Positions 36,429-48,249 of a stretch of DNA of 64,000 nt are shown here, piece after piece. The DNA is taken from contig CDMY01000474.1 of NCBI GenBank assembly GCA_001179505.1, positions 1-64,000 on the forward strand. The letters are read 5' to 3'. The notes beneath the pieces were generated by a model. It was not told the origin of the DNA. It saw only the letters and a program-made list of their open reading frames with translations, and made no database searches. A program made the translations under genes and the position numbers. The number at the start of each line of letters is the position of its first letter. Position 1 is the first letter of the stretch. The DNA is from Vitrella brassicaformis CCMP3155 (Eukaryota > Protista > Chromerida).

Positions 36429-37100
36429 TCAGCGGCTCTTCTCGAAGCCAGCCATGAGGAACCTCCACTGCCCCCAAGTCAACAGGCCGTCCTTCTTGTT
36501 CCCCCAATCCCTGCCGCCCTCCGTGCCTGAGGAAGTCAATGGACGGATGGACAGAACGCACCCTGAGTGACTGTAAGCCGTTTGTGCGTTCGGTGCGGAC
36601 ATGTCTGTTCATGTACGTACCTGACGAGGTGGACATGGTGAGTCCGGCCATCCGATCCGTCAGGGCCTTCTCCCTGCATGCACCATAGACGCACACACGA
36701 CACGCATTAATTAGAGGGGAACGCGCCCACACAATGTGGCCATTCGTGTGCGTACTCGTCCGGGTGATACGGCGCCTTGGCGTCCACAACGAACCCAGCG
36801 CCCTGCACATACAACACACACAACACAATGCGACTGACTCATCAGACAGACACACGCAGCGCAGCGAGGTGGATGGGTGGAGGCTGAGTGCCTACGTCCG
36901 TGCAGTACGCGTGACCTGACAAGGACAACACACACAGAATGGGTGGACGGATCGGATGCCGCCCTCCCTCTTTCATTCTTTCGTTTCGCCAACTCACCGT
37001 CAGCGATGCCCTTTGGTGCCTTGCCGTCCGACGCCTCGAACTTGGCGCCACACTCCTCAGCCGTCTTGCACACGCCAACGGACTGAGACTGCGCCGCCAT
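36429..37100 (-). CDS. Hypothetical ~106 aa protein, 5 exons
   Basis: Four canonical introns with matching phases (1,0,2,1) give MAAQSQSVGVCKTAEECG...GIAD|GHAYCTD|GAGFVVDAKAPYHPDE|EKALTDRMAG...SS|GTEGGRDWGNKKDGLLTWGQWRFLMAGFEKSR*. Confidence 0.6.
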
Positions 37101-37494
37101 CTCAACTGAAGCTCGGCTGACGGCAACAGAGCACATCAACGCACCATGGGCCGATGCACCGCCATGCATTCCAGTGCCTCACCTGTCGTTTGAGGTCCTC
37201 AGCGGCTCGTGGTGCTACTTGTCCGGCCGTAGAGTGCTCTTGCCGGCAGAATGCAATGGCCTGCTCTGCCAAACGTCGGATGCAGACACGATAAGCGATG
37301 TCAGCAACGTCGAATCCGATGAGAACCGATTTGCTGAGGGGAAACGTTCTGTCGCGAGCATGCAAGCTCGCAAAATGGTCCGTTTGGGGGTAATGTCCTC
37401 GGGTTCCAACGAATGAGTGACTTATCCGCAATCGCATTGATGCATTGCACCCGCTCCATCTACAATCGTCATTGCAAACGGCCCGCCTGCCTCT

Positions 37495-40073
37495 CTACCC
37501 ACCGACCGCCGCCCTTAGATCGAACACACGGCCCCTCTCATGCCCCTGCCTCTGTCTCAGATCCAACACACGAGCACTGACGTCCTTAGCCACATCCTGC
37601 TGCCTCAGATCCAGTGCAGCATCAGCCCCGGAAGGGTCCCCATTGGCAACAAGATAACGCCGGTCCGGCCTCTCGGGCCGCCTCCCTAGCTGCTGAAACA
37701 CCTGCAGCTGTGCCAGGATGGCATCCCTCTCCTCCCGCGTCAGATGTGCGCGGCACGAGGGACACACAAGCACGCCGTCGAGGTGGTCCTGGACCACTGC
37801 ATCGTCGCCCATGTCGATCTGCAGCTGATCGATGACGTCCTCGTACCACTCAGCGTTGTCCTCTGTCAGCTCAACCAGCTCGGCTGAGAGAATGGATGAC
37901 AAGGAACACGAAACAGACGCGCGGATATGTGGATGTGTGGATGTGTGGATGCGTGGATTGGGGTTGCTTACGGTTGTTGCATCGGAGGCATCTAGAGAGG
38001 GGTCTGTGTGTCCAGTTGAGCCTCAGGTGCTGGTTGATCTCGTTGACATCACCCTCCAGCGTGTTGAAGCGCAGCGACTGCACCGTCCTGTCAGCCCAGC
38101 CATCGACAAATACCTGACACCACAACACACCACAGCAACAACCACAGAGTCGATGAATGGAAAGATGCGTCCATCGTACGGTCTAACCTGTTTGTATCTG
38201 AGGGCCCTGAGTGGCGTGGCTGGGTCGAGTGCGGCGGCGATGCGCCGTGCCATCTCACTCCGCAGCCGATAGGCAAGGGGAGGCTTCGACAGCACCACAC
38301 GACGTGACCCTTTCTTGGTTGCCGCATCCAACATGCGCCGGGGACTGATCGATTGATGTCCACACAGCAATGGCACATACACACAGAGGGGAGACACACG
38401 TTGCATATCGATGGCACCCACCTTCTGTATGGGTCATCCAGTCTATTGGTGGCCTCGATGACGTCATAGCCGGCAGCACGCAACCATTTGCCCAGTTCCT
38501 GAAAGAAAGACACGAAGCAAATCGGTCGGTCATTCCCCACTCGTCATGACGTGCTAATGTGTACCTCCTTCGCCGCATCTGCGTCGACCAGTAGCCGCAG
38601 ACTGTCAGGATTCACACTTGAGGGCGACCGCATCCTCTTCAGCGGCACAAATGGGGGCATCCCCTCGCCAGTCCACTTATCGCCCTCGTCACCGTTCCCC
38701 CTGCTCGAGTGCAGCATCGCGGCGGTGTCGTAGCTCTGCGCTCCCGGCGGCACCCCCACCAGCATCGCCTCGCCCGTGTCTTTCTCGGTGAAGAACTCGC
38801 CGTGACAGTTGAGCAAGGCCGATGCGGCCTGCCCGTCCGTCAGAGTCAGCTGGGTGAAGGTGCCGTAGCGATCGATGGGCGCGCCGTCAGACCGCCGCTT
38901 GTTCGCCCCCTCTGTGCGTTGCAGCTCAATCGACGTGATGCGCGCCGGATCGACGCCCTTGCTCTCGCAGAAGTCCCTTAGGTCCATCTCAGTTACCCAT
39001 GACGGCAGCTTGCCCATGTAGATGCGCGAAGGGGCAGCGGGGAGGGAGGGGAGGGGGGAGGCAGTGTCTGGATGTGAGGAAAACGGGTCCATTTCTGCCA
39101 CAAGGTTCCATCTGTGTCTGTAGGGGGCCGTCCGTAGCCGTCTGTCGTCTTGCTCGACCATCATCTGCCCGCTGAGGATCTCTCTGGCCTGCTTGGCGCT
39201 CTCGTGATCGTCAAATCGCAGGTAGCCTCGCCCGATGTGTCGTGTGGAACATGTCCGCGGCAGCCTTATCTCCCGCACTCCCCGCACCTTGACCAGAGCC
39301 AGCCACCCCCTCACGTCGTCCATCAGCGCCTTGAAGGGCAGCCCCACAACAGTCACGGCCGCATCCTCGTCGTGGTATGCGTCAAGACGGACGGGCTCGG
39401 TCGCGTGGGGGAGGACAATCTGGTTGTCGAAGAGCAGCGCCCGCTCCCTCTCGAGCATGGTCGGGAAGTGCAGCAGGGCAGTGGACGGGGAGAGGGGCGT
39501 GACAGAGGTGAGGTTGAGGCCCAGCTCGGTGCGCAAGATTTCGGACAAGGCTTCCTGGGAGTCGGTGTCAGGGAGGCCTGCTGCAAGGGCCGTGAAGTCA
39601 TCTCCTTCGCCCCAGAAGAACGGCACACGGGTGCGCTTCATCTGCTCATCAGCAAGGTCCTCAAGCTCTAACTCCTCATCGCCGATAGCCTCGCTCTCCA
39701 CGTCGCCCTCCTCGTCAGCCATTTCACCATCACCTTCGCCTTCATCTTGCTGGCGGTCTTCTGTCGGCTCAACGTCCCGCATCCGCCGGACCGTCGCCAA
39801 GAACTCAGGCAGCGGCTCTTCGTCGCCGTCACCATCGCCCTGCTGCTTCTTCTCCCTGGCAAGCTCCTTCTTCAGCAGATCACCCAGCCGTGCCTTTGCC
39901 TTCAGCCGAGAGCGCCTGGGGAGTGCTGCCACGCGTGGCTTAGTGGGCAGCAGAGGGGCAGGAAAGATGAATGCCGATGAGGGGAGGGCAAGGGCGGCAA
40001 CAGAGAGGACCATCGTCACCGCCAGCGGAAGCGCGAGAGATGTCACCAGCATCTCGACGACGGATCTTCGCAT
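37495..40073 (-). CDS. Plastid-targeted RRM (2 clear, 1 degenerate) + Mut7-C (PIN-like RNase/zinc ribbon) fusion protein, 5 exons
   Basis: Leader ...ALPSSAFIFPAP. RRMs: VTVVGLP...RGYLRFD and IYMGKLP. The 66-nt intron at 38499-38564 joins LRLLVDADAAKE|ELGKWLRAAGYDV (cf. Mut7-C FLVDAMLGRLARWLRMLGYD). Later SRCLRCN and CPSC follow. Confidence 0.8.
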
Positions 40074-40260
40074 TCACTCATGATCTTGGTAGAACAGCAG
40101 CAAAGACAGACCGCAGAGCTCTGGGATGATGGAGAAAGGAAGGGAAGAGCACACAGATCTTTGCAGCTCGCAGTGGATTTTTTCGAGCTCGCGGTTGAAA
40201 AGGCAGATCTCCTTTCCCCCCCTCTTCGCACGGCCGTAGGCGACGTCCCCTCTTCCCCCC

Positions 40261-41247
40261 ATGCAGCAGACGAGGTTGGGCGTTTGCCTTCTCACCCTCA
40301 TCTGTGGAGGTCACATGTGCGGCGTCAGCAATGCCGTCACAGCAGCAGCATCAGCAGCTGGATTCGTCCCCCCAACAGCTCCCCTCATCCGTTCCAGAGG
40401 CGCATCTCCCCACAGGCAGCCCGCACGGACGGCGACGAGCGCCATGCCGGAGGCGCTGGGTGCTTTGTCAGGGGTGACCAATCTGATGTCAGAGGTGGTG
40501 GAGGTGGAGGGCGGCGGCTCGGCCATCCTGAATCTGGACCTGCTCGAGACAGGCATGATCAACTTGGCTATCGCGTGGGTGCTCTTCTACAACTTCGTGT
40601 GGAAGGCCATCGTCAACAATAACAGGAACATCGAGCGCGAGAAGGTCAAGGAGTTCGCAGAAGACGAGAAGGCCGCTGCCGACGTGGCCAGGGAGATCTA
40701 CGCACACAACCAGGGCATCGACTCGCTCGACGAGAAGATGCAGCAGCTCAAGACGGCGCTGGCGGCCAAGGGCGGCAAGATGGTCGAGACGGCGCGTGAG
40801 GACTTCACCACCGCCCTGGACAAGTTCACCGCGAGCGAGGAGGCCAACGTCAAGGAGCACGCCAAGCAGATCGTCACGGCGCGTGAGGACATCAAAGTGG
40901 GCAAGGCGCTTGAGGAGGTGGTCAAGCAGAAGCTGCTGCAGCGGCGGCTGCTCCTCAAGCTGCGGGCCGCGTCGGGCAGCAAGGAGCTGGACCCCTTCAT
41001 GGCCTCACTCAACGTGTACGACCCCGGCCTGCCCGACTGGGCCCTGACGAGCAAGTACCTGGGCTTCCACCAGCAGTTCGCCACGCCGCCGGCCACAGAC
41101 ATTGCCGTCAACGATGTGGTGCTGAGGGCGCTGGCCAAGATGCAGGCCAAGAAGGAGGGAAGGGCGGACGACGAGCAGGTGCTGCTCAACAAGGCACTCA
41201 GGTCCGTCGTCGCCGCAAACGCTTTCGAGAAATCACTCGCTGACTAG
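40261..41247 (+). CDS. atpF: Nuclear-encoded plastid ATP synthase subunit b (CF0-I) with bipartite leader and C-terminal extension; intronless
   Basis: ILNLDLLETGMINLAIAWVLF resembles the AtpF N-terminus (N.DILETNLINL). One TM helix is followed by a charged coiled-coil stalk. Signal plus transit leader (..AAGFVPP..). Confidence 0.8.
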   Translation: MQQTRLGVCLLTLICGGHMCGVSNAVTAAASAAGFVPPTAPLIRSRGASPHRQPARTATSAMPEALGALSGVTNLMSEVVEVEGGGSAILNLDLLETGMINLAIAWVLFYNFVWKAIVNNNRNIEREKVKEFAEDEKAAADVAREIYAHNQGIDSLDEKMQQLKTALAAKGGKMVETAREDFTTALDKFTASEEANVKEHAKQIVTAREDIKVGKALEEVVKQKLLQRRLLLKLRAASGSKELDPFMASLNVYDPGLPDWALTSKYLGFHQQFATPPATDIAVNDVVLRALAKMQAKKEGRADDEQVLLNKALRSVVAANAFEKSLAD

Positions 41248-41714
41248 GGGCTGCAGGGAGGGAGGGAGGACAGGCAGTTTTGGTTTGTGAAGCTAGATGA
41301 GGGAGAGAGCGTCTTGATGGGATTTTTGGACGCTCTGATAGGTGCTGTGTCTGTCTGTCATTTTCCACCCCCACTCTCCCGCCGTATCTTGTTTGCCGCG
41401 TGTTGTGGCACGGACGACCCCTACGCCACCACCGACGCATGGATGCATTGATGCACGAGAGCATTGATGCACGAAGCCATGCTTCGATGGTGGCATGAGG
41501 AGCGCGGGAGGGCCACAACAAGCAGCAAGACAAGGTCGGGGGAGTGCAGTTGTGTACCCGATGTGAGATCTTTCAAGTGACAGTGACACACACGTGCATG
41601 TCGTATGTACACATACGAACAATCAATCGTATGCTTGGTCCTCACCACCTCGAATGCGATCGACTCCCGCAGATCTCGCTGAATTTTGAAAGGAACGAGA
41701 AGGATTCGTTTGTC

Positions 41715-42949
41715 ATGGAGGTCTTCATCGTGCGGCACGGCGAGAGGTGTTTCACTCATGCCAGTGCCATCACTGATCTCCACCAGCTCAATTGCATGTG
41801 GCTGCCTGCTGCAGAATCGACATGGTGGAGTCCGGCTGGCTGCGCAAGGCAGGCCACAACAGAAAGCATGACCCACACCTCGCGCGTACGTCCCCGACCA
41901 ACGACAGACAGAAATGTCAGTGCATTCATATCTTTGCTTGTCTGTGGGTGTGGTGTTCGCGTGTGCAGCGAAGGGCTGGATACAGGCAAAGGAAACAGCA
42001 GAGAGGCTGGCGGCCATCCTGACCAGAGATGGCATGAAGGCCCCTGCTGCTGTGTGCATCATCTCGTCGCCGTTCGTTCGTTGTATTGAGACGGCCAGCG
42101 TGGGCGGACCCGGACACACAGACAGACAGGGGAATGAATCCCTGTACGTAGGTTGTATGACATGATGTTATGCTATGTGTGTGTAGGTGATTGCCGAGAA
42201 GCTGGACGCGCCATCCATCAAAGTCGAGCCAGGTGGGCAGTGCAACACAGCCCAGCCCAGCCCAGCTGTCTGTCCGTGAATGGATGCAGGTATCTGTGAG
42301 GTGATTCACGTCTCGCCGCCCGAGTACCTCTCTGCAGAACAACTCAAGGAGACCTTCCCAAGGTACGTCAGGAGAAGCACAACACCCGAAACAGCCACAG
42401 GGATCAATCACGCTCCTTGCTTTCTTTGCCCTGGCTGGCTGTGTGCGTGGTGCGTGTGCAGGATAGACGAGTCATACGTGGCGCAGATGCACCCATCAGC
42501 AGCTGAGTACGGAGACGACATCTGCATCCACCGATCGGCCAAAGTCGCCAGGACTATATGCGCCCAGCATGAGCAGACGTCGCCCTCGACGCCTTTGGTG
42601 TTTGTGGGGCATGGCGCCTCGTGTGCGGGCATCTTTGACGGTTTAGTCGGGCGCGTGTCTTACCAGGGGCTGTGTACGGTGACGCACCTGGTGCGGCCGA
42701 CACCCGGCGAGAAGTGGAGGGTGCTGCTGGAGGGCGATGCTGCTCACCTGTCGGGTGAGCTCGATATCACGCAACATCCAGCTGTCAGCAGTCTGTGTGC
42801 CGTGTGTGTTTGCTGGCAGACAAAACAAATCTGCGGCCCTACTGACTGTTGCGTTTGGGCAGCTCCTGAGTGTTGTTGCTGTTGCACAGTTCAACCGAGC
42901 GGTCTTTCTGTGTCGGGGCTTTCGTCGGTCTACAGGCAGCAGCTGGTAG
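41715..42949 (+). CDS. Histidine phosphatase (phosphoglycerate mutase-like) superfamily protein
   Basis: MEVFIVRHGER, DPHL, SSPFVRCIETA, KVEPGICE and VFVGHGASC lie across canonical introns. The last exon is uncertain. Confidence 0.85.
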
Positions 42950-43359
42950 AAGTTCAGACACAGAGATAAGGACTCTGTGCCTGAACAATCTGCTGGTTGC
43001 TGCCGAGGGCAGATGAGAGCCAGACATGGAAAGGCTGACGATAGATACTGCAGAGGAATTTTACTAGTAGGGATGGCGGGTGCAGTGCATGCGCATTTTG
43101 GATAACGTGTGTGGTCCTACAATATGCAGTATGGGCCGCTCAGACGATGGGTGGGTGCCAGGAATCGGACGTCATTACATATTCCATAAGGTTCATACCT
43201 CTGTACACGCCCGCCAGCGGCCTTCGAACACGGACAGCCATCCATCCATCCATCCAGGCAGGCAGGCAAAAAGACCGTCATTTACTCACTATACACACAC
43301 TAAGCATTCCTACCCTCATCATCAGCCAGCCAGTTTTCCCCACCTCAGTGCTCATCTTG

Positions 43360-44614
43360 CTAAGCTGCTCTGTATCTGCCCTCAGTGTCCATTGGCGCCC
43401 CCTCCCTGTCCGCCTCGTCCGATGCCGCGATGAAGTCATTGAGCAGCTCCAAAGTCTCGCGGGGCTTCTCGCTGTGCACCCAATGACCTTAACACAGACA
43501 GGCACAACAACACACGGTGCTCTGACGGGTGGTCTGTGCCCGGTGGGTAGACACCTACCAACCTACCTGCGTCAGGGATGACTTCGAGCAGTGCGTTTGG
43601 GAAGTGCTCGTATATGGCGGGGAGGTAGTGGTTCTCGATGAAGCGCGACTCGCTGCCCTTGATGAACAGCGACGGCTGATGATACGTCAGGGAGGCTGGG
43701 TACTCCCATCCCGCCAGCTGAGGGTAACACCTGCCGTCAGGCACACAAATCCCACGCACAATGAGACAAATACGCATAGATGGCGGCAGATCGGCTCACC
43801 CACCGCATGATAGCGCCCACGTTCATCTTCCATCCCCAGGTGCCGTCACTTCTCTCATGGGCACTCTGAAGCAGGAATGCCCGCAGCCCCTCCGACAGCC
43901 ACGGCGCCCTCTTCTGCAGCAGTGCATCGGCCTCCTTCCGGTTGGTAATGCCCTCCTGCGCCAGATGGATGGAGTGCACCAGCTCCACTACGTCGCGCGT
44001 CGAGTAGCCGTCACGGTTCTTGGGCGACTCCACCGACAGATAGTCCACCTGCACAGACGGGACGTACACGCATTCGCACATGGATGCCTGACGTGTTCCC
44101 TCTGTCTATCTGTCCGCCAGCCGCTCACCGGCGCCATGTCGATGCATCCCATCTTCCTGACCCTGTCCGGGTGCATCAGTGCCGTCGCCATGGCCACCTT
44201 GCCGCCCAGTGAGTGACCCACGAGCACCCACTCTTCAATCCCGATCTCGTCCATGAGGTGCAGCGTGTCGGCCACCATCGCCTCGATGCTCATGTCGTCG
44301 TGGTGCGGTGAGCTGCCATGGTTTCTCAGGTCAGCCACGATGCAGCGCGGCGCGTGGATGGCCTTGGCGAATGAGTTGAAGTTGAGCTTGGATCCGAAGA
44401 GGCCGTGCAGCAGCATCACTGGCGGACAGGAGTGGTACTTGTCATGGTACTTCTCAATGCTGATCTCGCGGCGGGAGAGTGCAACGGATGAGAAGGCCCT
44501 CCTGTGTGCTTTGCCATCAGAGGTTCTCCCAGCGATGAGTCGAATCGCTTCACGGTGGCCAGATGTGGTAGCTGTGCTGATGATAGCTGTGCTCCCGAGC
44601 CTTAGCGCGTTCAT
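43360..44614 (-). CDS. Alpha/beta hydrolase, ABHD11/YbfF-like, probable mitochondrial presequence, 4 exons
   Basis: LLHGLFGS, DLRNHGSSPH, nucleophile GHSLGGK, IDMAP|VDY, WKMN, LFIKGSES, DA|GHWVHSEKP. Confidence 0.92.
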
Positions 44615-44830
44615 TTCACCACCCACGCCTCCGATCGGAAAAGTGAAGCTCGCAAAATGGTCTTTCCCAAAAGGGCGTTCTTCCTTCCAAGGGTGCGTTG
44701 TTGACCGCCACGCGTCAGATCTTACAATCCCTTCCAGAGCGGCAAGTGAACAGGGTTCGCATTAGCAGAGGCGACAGCTGGTGCTGCTCACGCTGGCGCG
44801 TCTGCTCCACTGGTGACGGAGTACTGCCTG

Positions 44831-46131
44831 ATGGAGCCTTTGGTTCAGAACGATGGTCTATCTCAGACGGGTGGCGTCCCTATATCCCACAGGGCAGTGC
44901 AGCGGGACGGCGCTACGGCTGGAGAACAGCCTGCAACGGCGGCCACAGAGGAGAGGCAACCGCTCTTCCAATTCGCAAAGCCCGGACACACACCAGCCAG
45001 GAGCAGAGACGGCAGCCCGTAAGCACCTCCAACACAAGGGATGGATGGATGGATGGCATGTGTGTGTGGTTCTCTGTGGTGTTGATTGTAAGTAATGTGA
45101 CTGACGAGGTGTTCAACGCTGCGTCGCATCTGGTGGGGAGTATGCTGGCCATCATGGGGTTCCTGATGCTCGTAGTCAAGAGCAGCGTCGAGGGCAAACC
45201 ATGGTACGTATAAAAGACACAGACGTTGGTTAGTTGCACTCACATGTCATGTGTGCGTTGTTGGCCTGTGCAGGCACATAGTGAGCTTCAGCATCTACGG
45301 TGTGTGTACGATAGCGGTGTTTGTGACGTCTTTCCTGCACCACGGGCTCCACTCGGAGCGGTTCGACGCCATATTCCTCATGGCCGACTACCTTGCCATA
45401 TACGCCATGATCGCAGGTACATACGCAGCAGACAAAGAAAGGCATGTGTGTCAATCGGAGCAATGAGTGGTTGCGGTGTGTTTCCTGCTGTGCACAGGGA
45501 CTTTCACACCCCTGTGTCTAGTGTACTTCAACCACCAGTGGATCGGTGAGTGAGTGAGAAACCACAAAGACAATGAGTGGATGTACTTGTGTGGCACATA
45601 CAGGGTGGGTGTTCCTGGGGTCGATATGGTTCTTCGCTTTGACCGGGATGAGCACCCACATAGTCATGGGCCACGACCACGTACCCAAGTGGCTCTCAAT
45701 GACCATACACGGATTCATGGTATGCACACAGACACACGGACATAAAGCATCCCACGTTCACGCGCACGTGCTCCCTGACTCTCTGTCAGGGGTGGACGGG
45801 CGTCTTTGTGGTGATTCCTCTGTGTGCGGTGATGCCGGCCGGCGGCATTTGCCTCATCGTCCTGGGCGGCGTCCTCTATACGGGCGGGGCTGTCATATTC
45901 GGGGCAGAGAAACCCAACCCATGCCCGGGCAGGTACACAGCCGATGACACACAATGGTCGTGTGGGCATTTCTCTCTCTCACTTTGTGTGTGCGTCGATT
46001 ATATGTACAGGTTCGGCTTCCACGAGATTTGGCACTTGTTTGTGCTGCTGGGGGCCCTCACGCACTGGCTGTGCATGTGGTTCTACGTGGAGCCTTACGC
46101 TGGGCCGCCAGCGCTCGCGCAACAGGCGTGA
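44831..46131 (+). CDS. Hemolysin-III / PAQR family membrane protein
   Basis: EVFNAASH, SFLHHG, DYLAIYAMIAGTFTP, GGVLYTGG, and FGFHEIWHLFVLLGALTHW across GT-AG introns. Confidence 0.92.
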
Positions 46132-46679
46132 TGGACGAGGGAAGCGTGGAAGCAGAGGCCTGTGCGGTGTGTTGCGCTGCGGGTCACGGGGAACCATTAC
46201 AAGTACGTGCGGGGATGTGCGTAAACTGATGTCCGTGATGATGATGCTGTTGATGGATGATGAGTGGCGGTGTAATTTGGTGTGTGCAAAGAAAGGATGA
46301 GCCGATGGATGGATGGATGGATGCGTGTGATGCCAGTGTGTGTCTTTTTGGTGCGTGAGGGAGCCAGACAGACAGACAGACAGACAGAGGGAGTGACGAT
46401 TGATGTGCCGACTGTCTGACTGACTGACTGCTCGACTGACTGACCGACTTGTAGAGCCTTGCTCAATTCATTGAACACCTTCAGACACAGGTCAATACAC
46501 ACACACGATGGATTAGCTATCCAATAAGTGGGCGCGTATCCCAGATGGCGGCAAGTCGTATCCAAGGAAAGAATCAGCCTCTGATGACCTATTTCTCGGA
46601 TGCACGGCCTGGCAGCCAAGCCGGCTACACGCCTGTGCGAAGTCACTCATCAACGCACAGGTGAGCACATGGGAAGACA

Positions 46680-47220
46680 CACAAGTGAGCTGACATGTCA
46701 CTGCACCTTGCACCCACGATTCGAAGAAAGCCACCGTGAGACGGCCGCTTGAGCAACCCAGTGCGTAGTCCATTGACGAAAACCAGCTATACACACCAGG
46801 CGGTCATATACAGTGATCAAGTCAGTCCACCTATCAACACACACCCTCTCTACGTGCTTCATTCTTCTGGGACCATGTGCAGTGACGTTGAGTGGACAAC
46901 CGTGCTGTCGACAAAGGTAAGATGCACGTGCCGTGAATGCTAGTCAGCATAAGAGAGGCCACACAAGTGAGCGAGCGTGCCACTGGGGCTCAAGAAACGA
47001 GAATGTATCCGAGGGACCAGCCCACGTCGGCTTCTTCCTCAGATGCACCACTCGGCACTCCAGCCACCGTGACACACCCACCGACAGAGGGCAACGCAGT
47101 AAGTACATCAATGACTGACAACCAGCTATACACACACCAGGCGGTCATATACAGTGATAGAGTCAGTCAGTCTTCGCAGTACCCGTCCTGTCTATCATAT
47201 CAACACACCCCCTCTCAGTG
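46680..47220. repeat. Degenerate direct duplication, about 340-bp period
   Basis: ACCAGCTATACACACCAGGCGGTCATATACAGTGAT at 46782-46817 recurs at 47121-47158 with one extra CA. Flanks are also similar (CACACAAGTGAGC upstream; TCAACAC...CCCTCTC downstream). Confidence 0.75.
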
Positions 47221-47240
47221 TCCTCCCCTCTATCGACCGA

Positions 47241-47927
47241 TCATCCTACGAGCCGCCTGATGCCCTCGGCAAGCCACCCCAGGATGCCGCCCTTGGTCAG
47301 CAACACCAGCAACCCTGATTGACACACAACACACACCATACACAGGGCATCCTTTGTGCGTGTGTGGCGAACAGGCGCACCCGAGATGAGCACAAGCAAG
47401 CCCACAAACATGAGTGCGAAGACGGCCTTGATGGCCATCGATTCGCGAGGCGACAGCCCACTCGTGAGTGCACCCAGCTTCTGCAGAGCAGCGCGGCCCT
47501 CGGGAGTCAGCCTCGACCGAAACCACTGCACACACACTCCACGCACCCACCAGCCCGAAGAGCACGTCCGTGCAGTTGCGTGCTATCAAGAGATACATGC
47601 ATGGCTCACCTCGGCTCGTCTTCGGGCAGCCTCTACATCAGCCTGAGAGATCGGCTCCCGCCTTTCGTTGCCGTCAGCAGCTGTCATCGTGTTGCCGGCC
47701 TGCGCATCCGTCGGCATTCCTCTCCTCTGCCGCATGCCCTCCCTCTGCGCCGCGCCACTAGTGACGACGGACGTGTGGCCGTCGGGCTGGGCGTCCTCCT
47801 GCTTGGTCTTGGGAGTCGGGCTTCTTCGGCTGGCGTAGACGAGGAACGACAGACCAGCGATGATGCCCGCTGAGAAGACGGCGATGGCCTCGGCAGGCGC
47901 CCCTGCCCACACCCCCGGCAAATCCAT
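47241..47927 (-). CDS. Small hypothetical membrane protein, 3 exons
   Basis: MDLPGVW...AIAVFSAGIIAGLSFLVY (TM)...RRAE|WFRSRL...AVFALMFVGLLVLIS|GLLVLLTKGGILGWLAEGIRRLVG*. Splice phases are consistent. Confidence 0.7.
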
Positions 47928-48249
47928 GCGCAAGCAGCTGCCCTTCTGAAGCGTCGAGAATTGTCGCCGAGAGACGACGACAGATGAACCCTAGCCCGAA
48001 GAATATTTCGTTCCAATTTCGACACATTCCAGCGTCGTTTGTTCGCCGCAGCTTGCGTGCCGCCTCATTTCTGTAGAGAGCACAGCATCCAATCGCAGAA
48101 GAGGCCATCCAACTTTATCAGCGGTCCGGCCTTTCCCGACTCTTTCCCGCAGCTGCTGGACGCTGCTGGTGGTCCCCTTTGATGTGATGTTGAGAGTGTT
48201 TCGGCTGGGGACCGTGCATGACACAAGGTAGGATAGTTGTTTGAGCACT

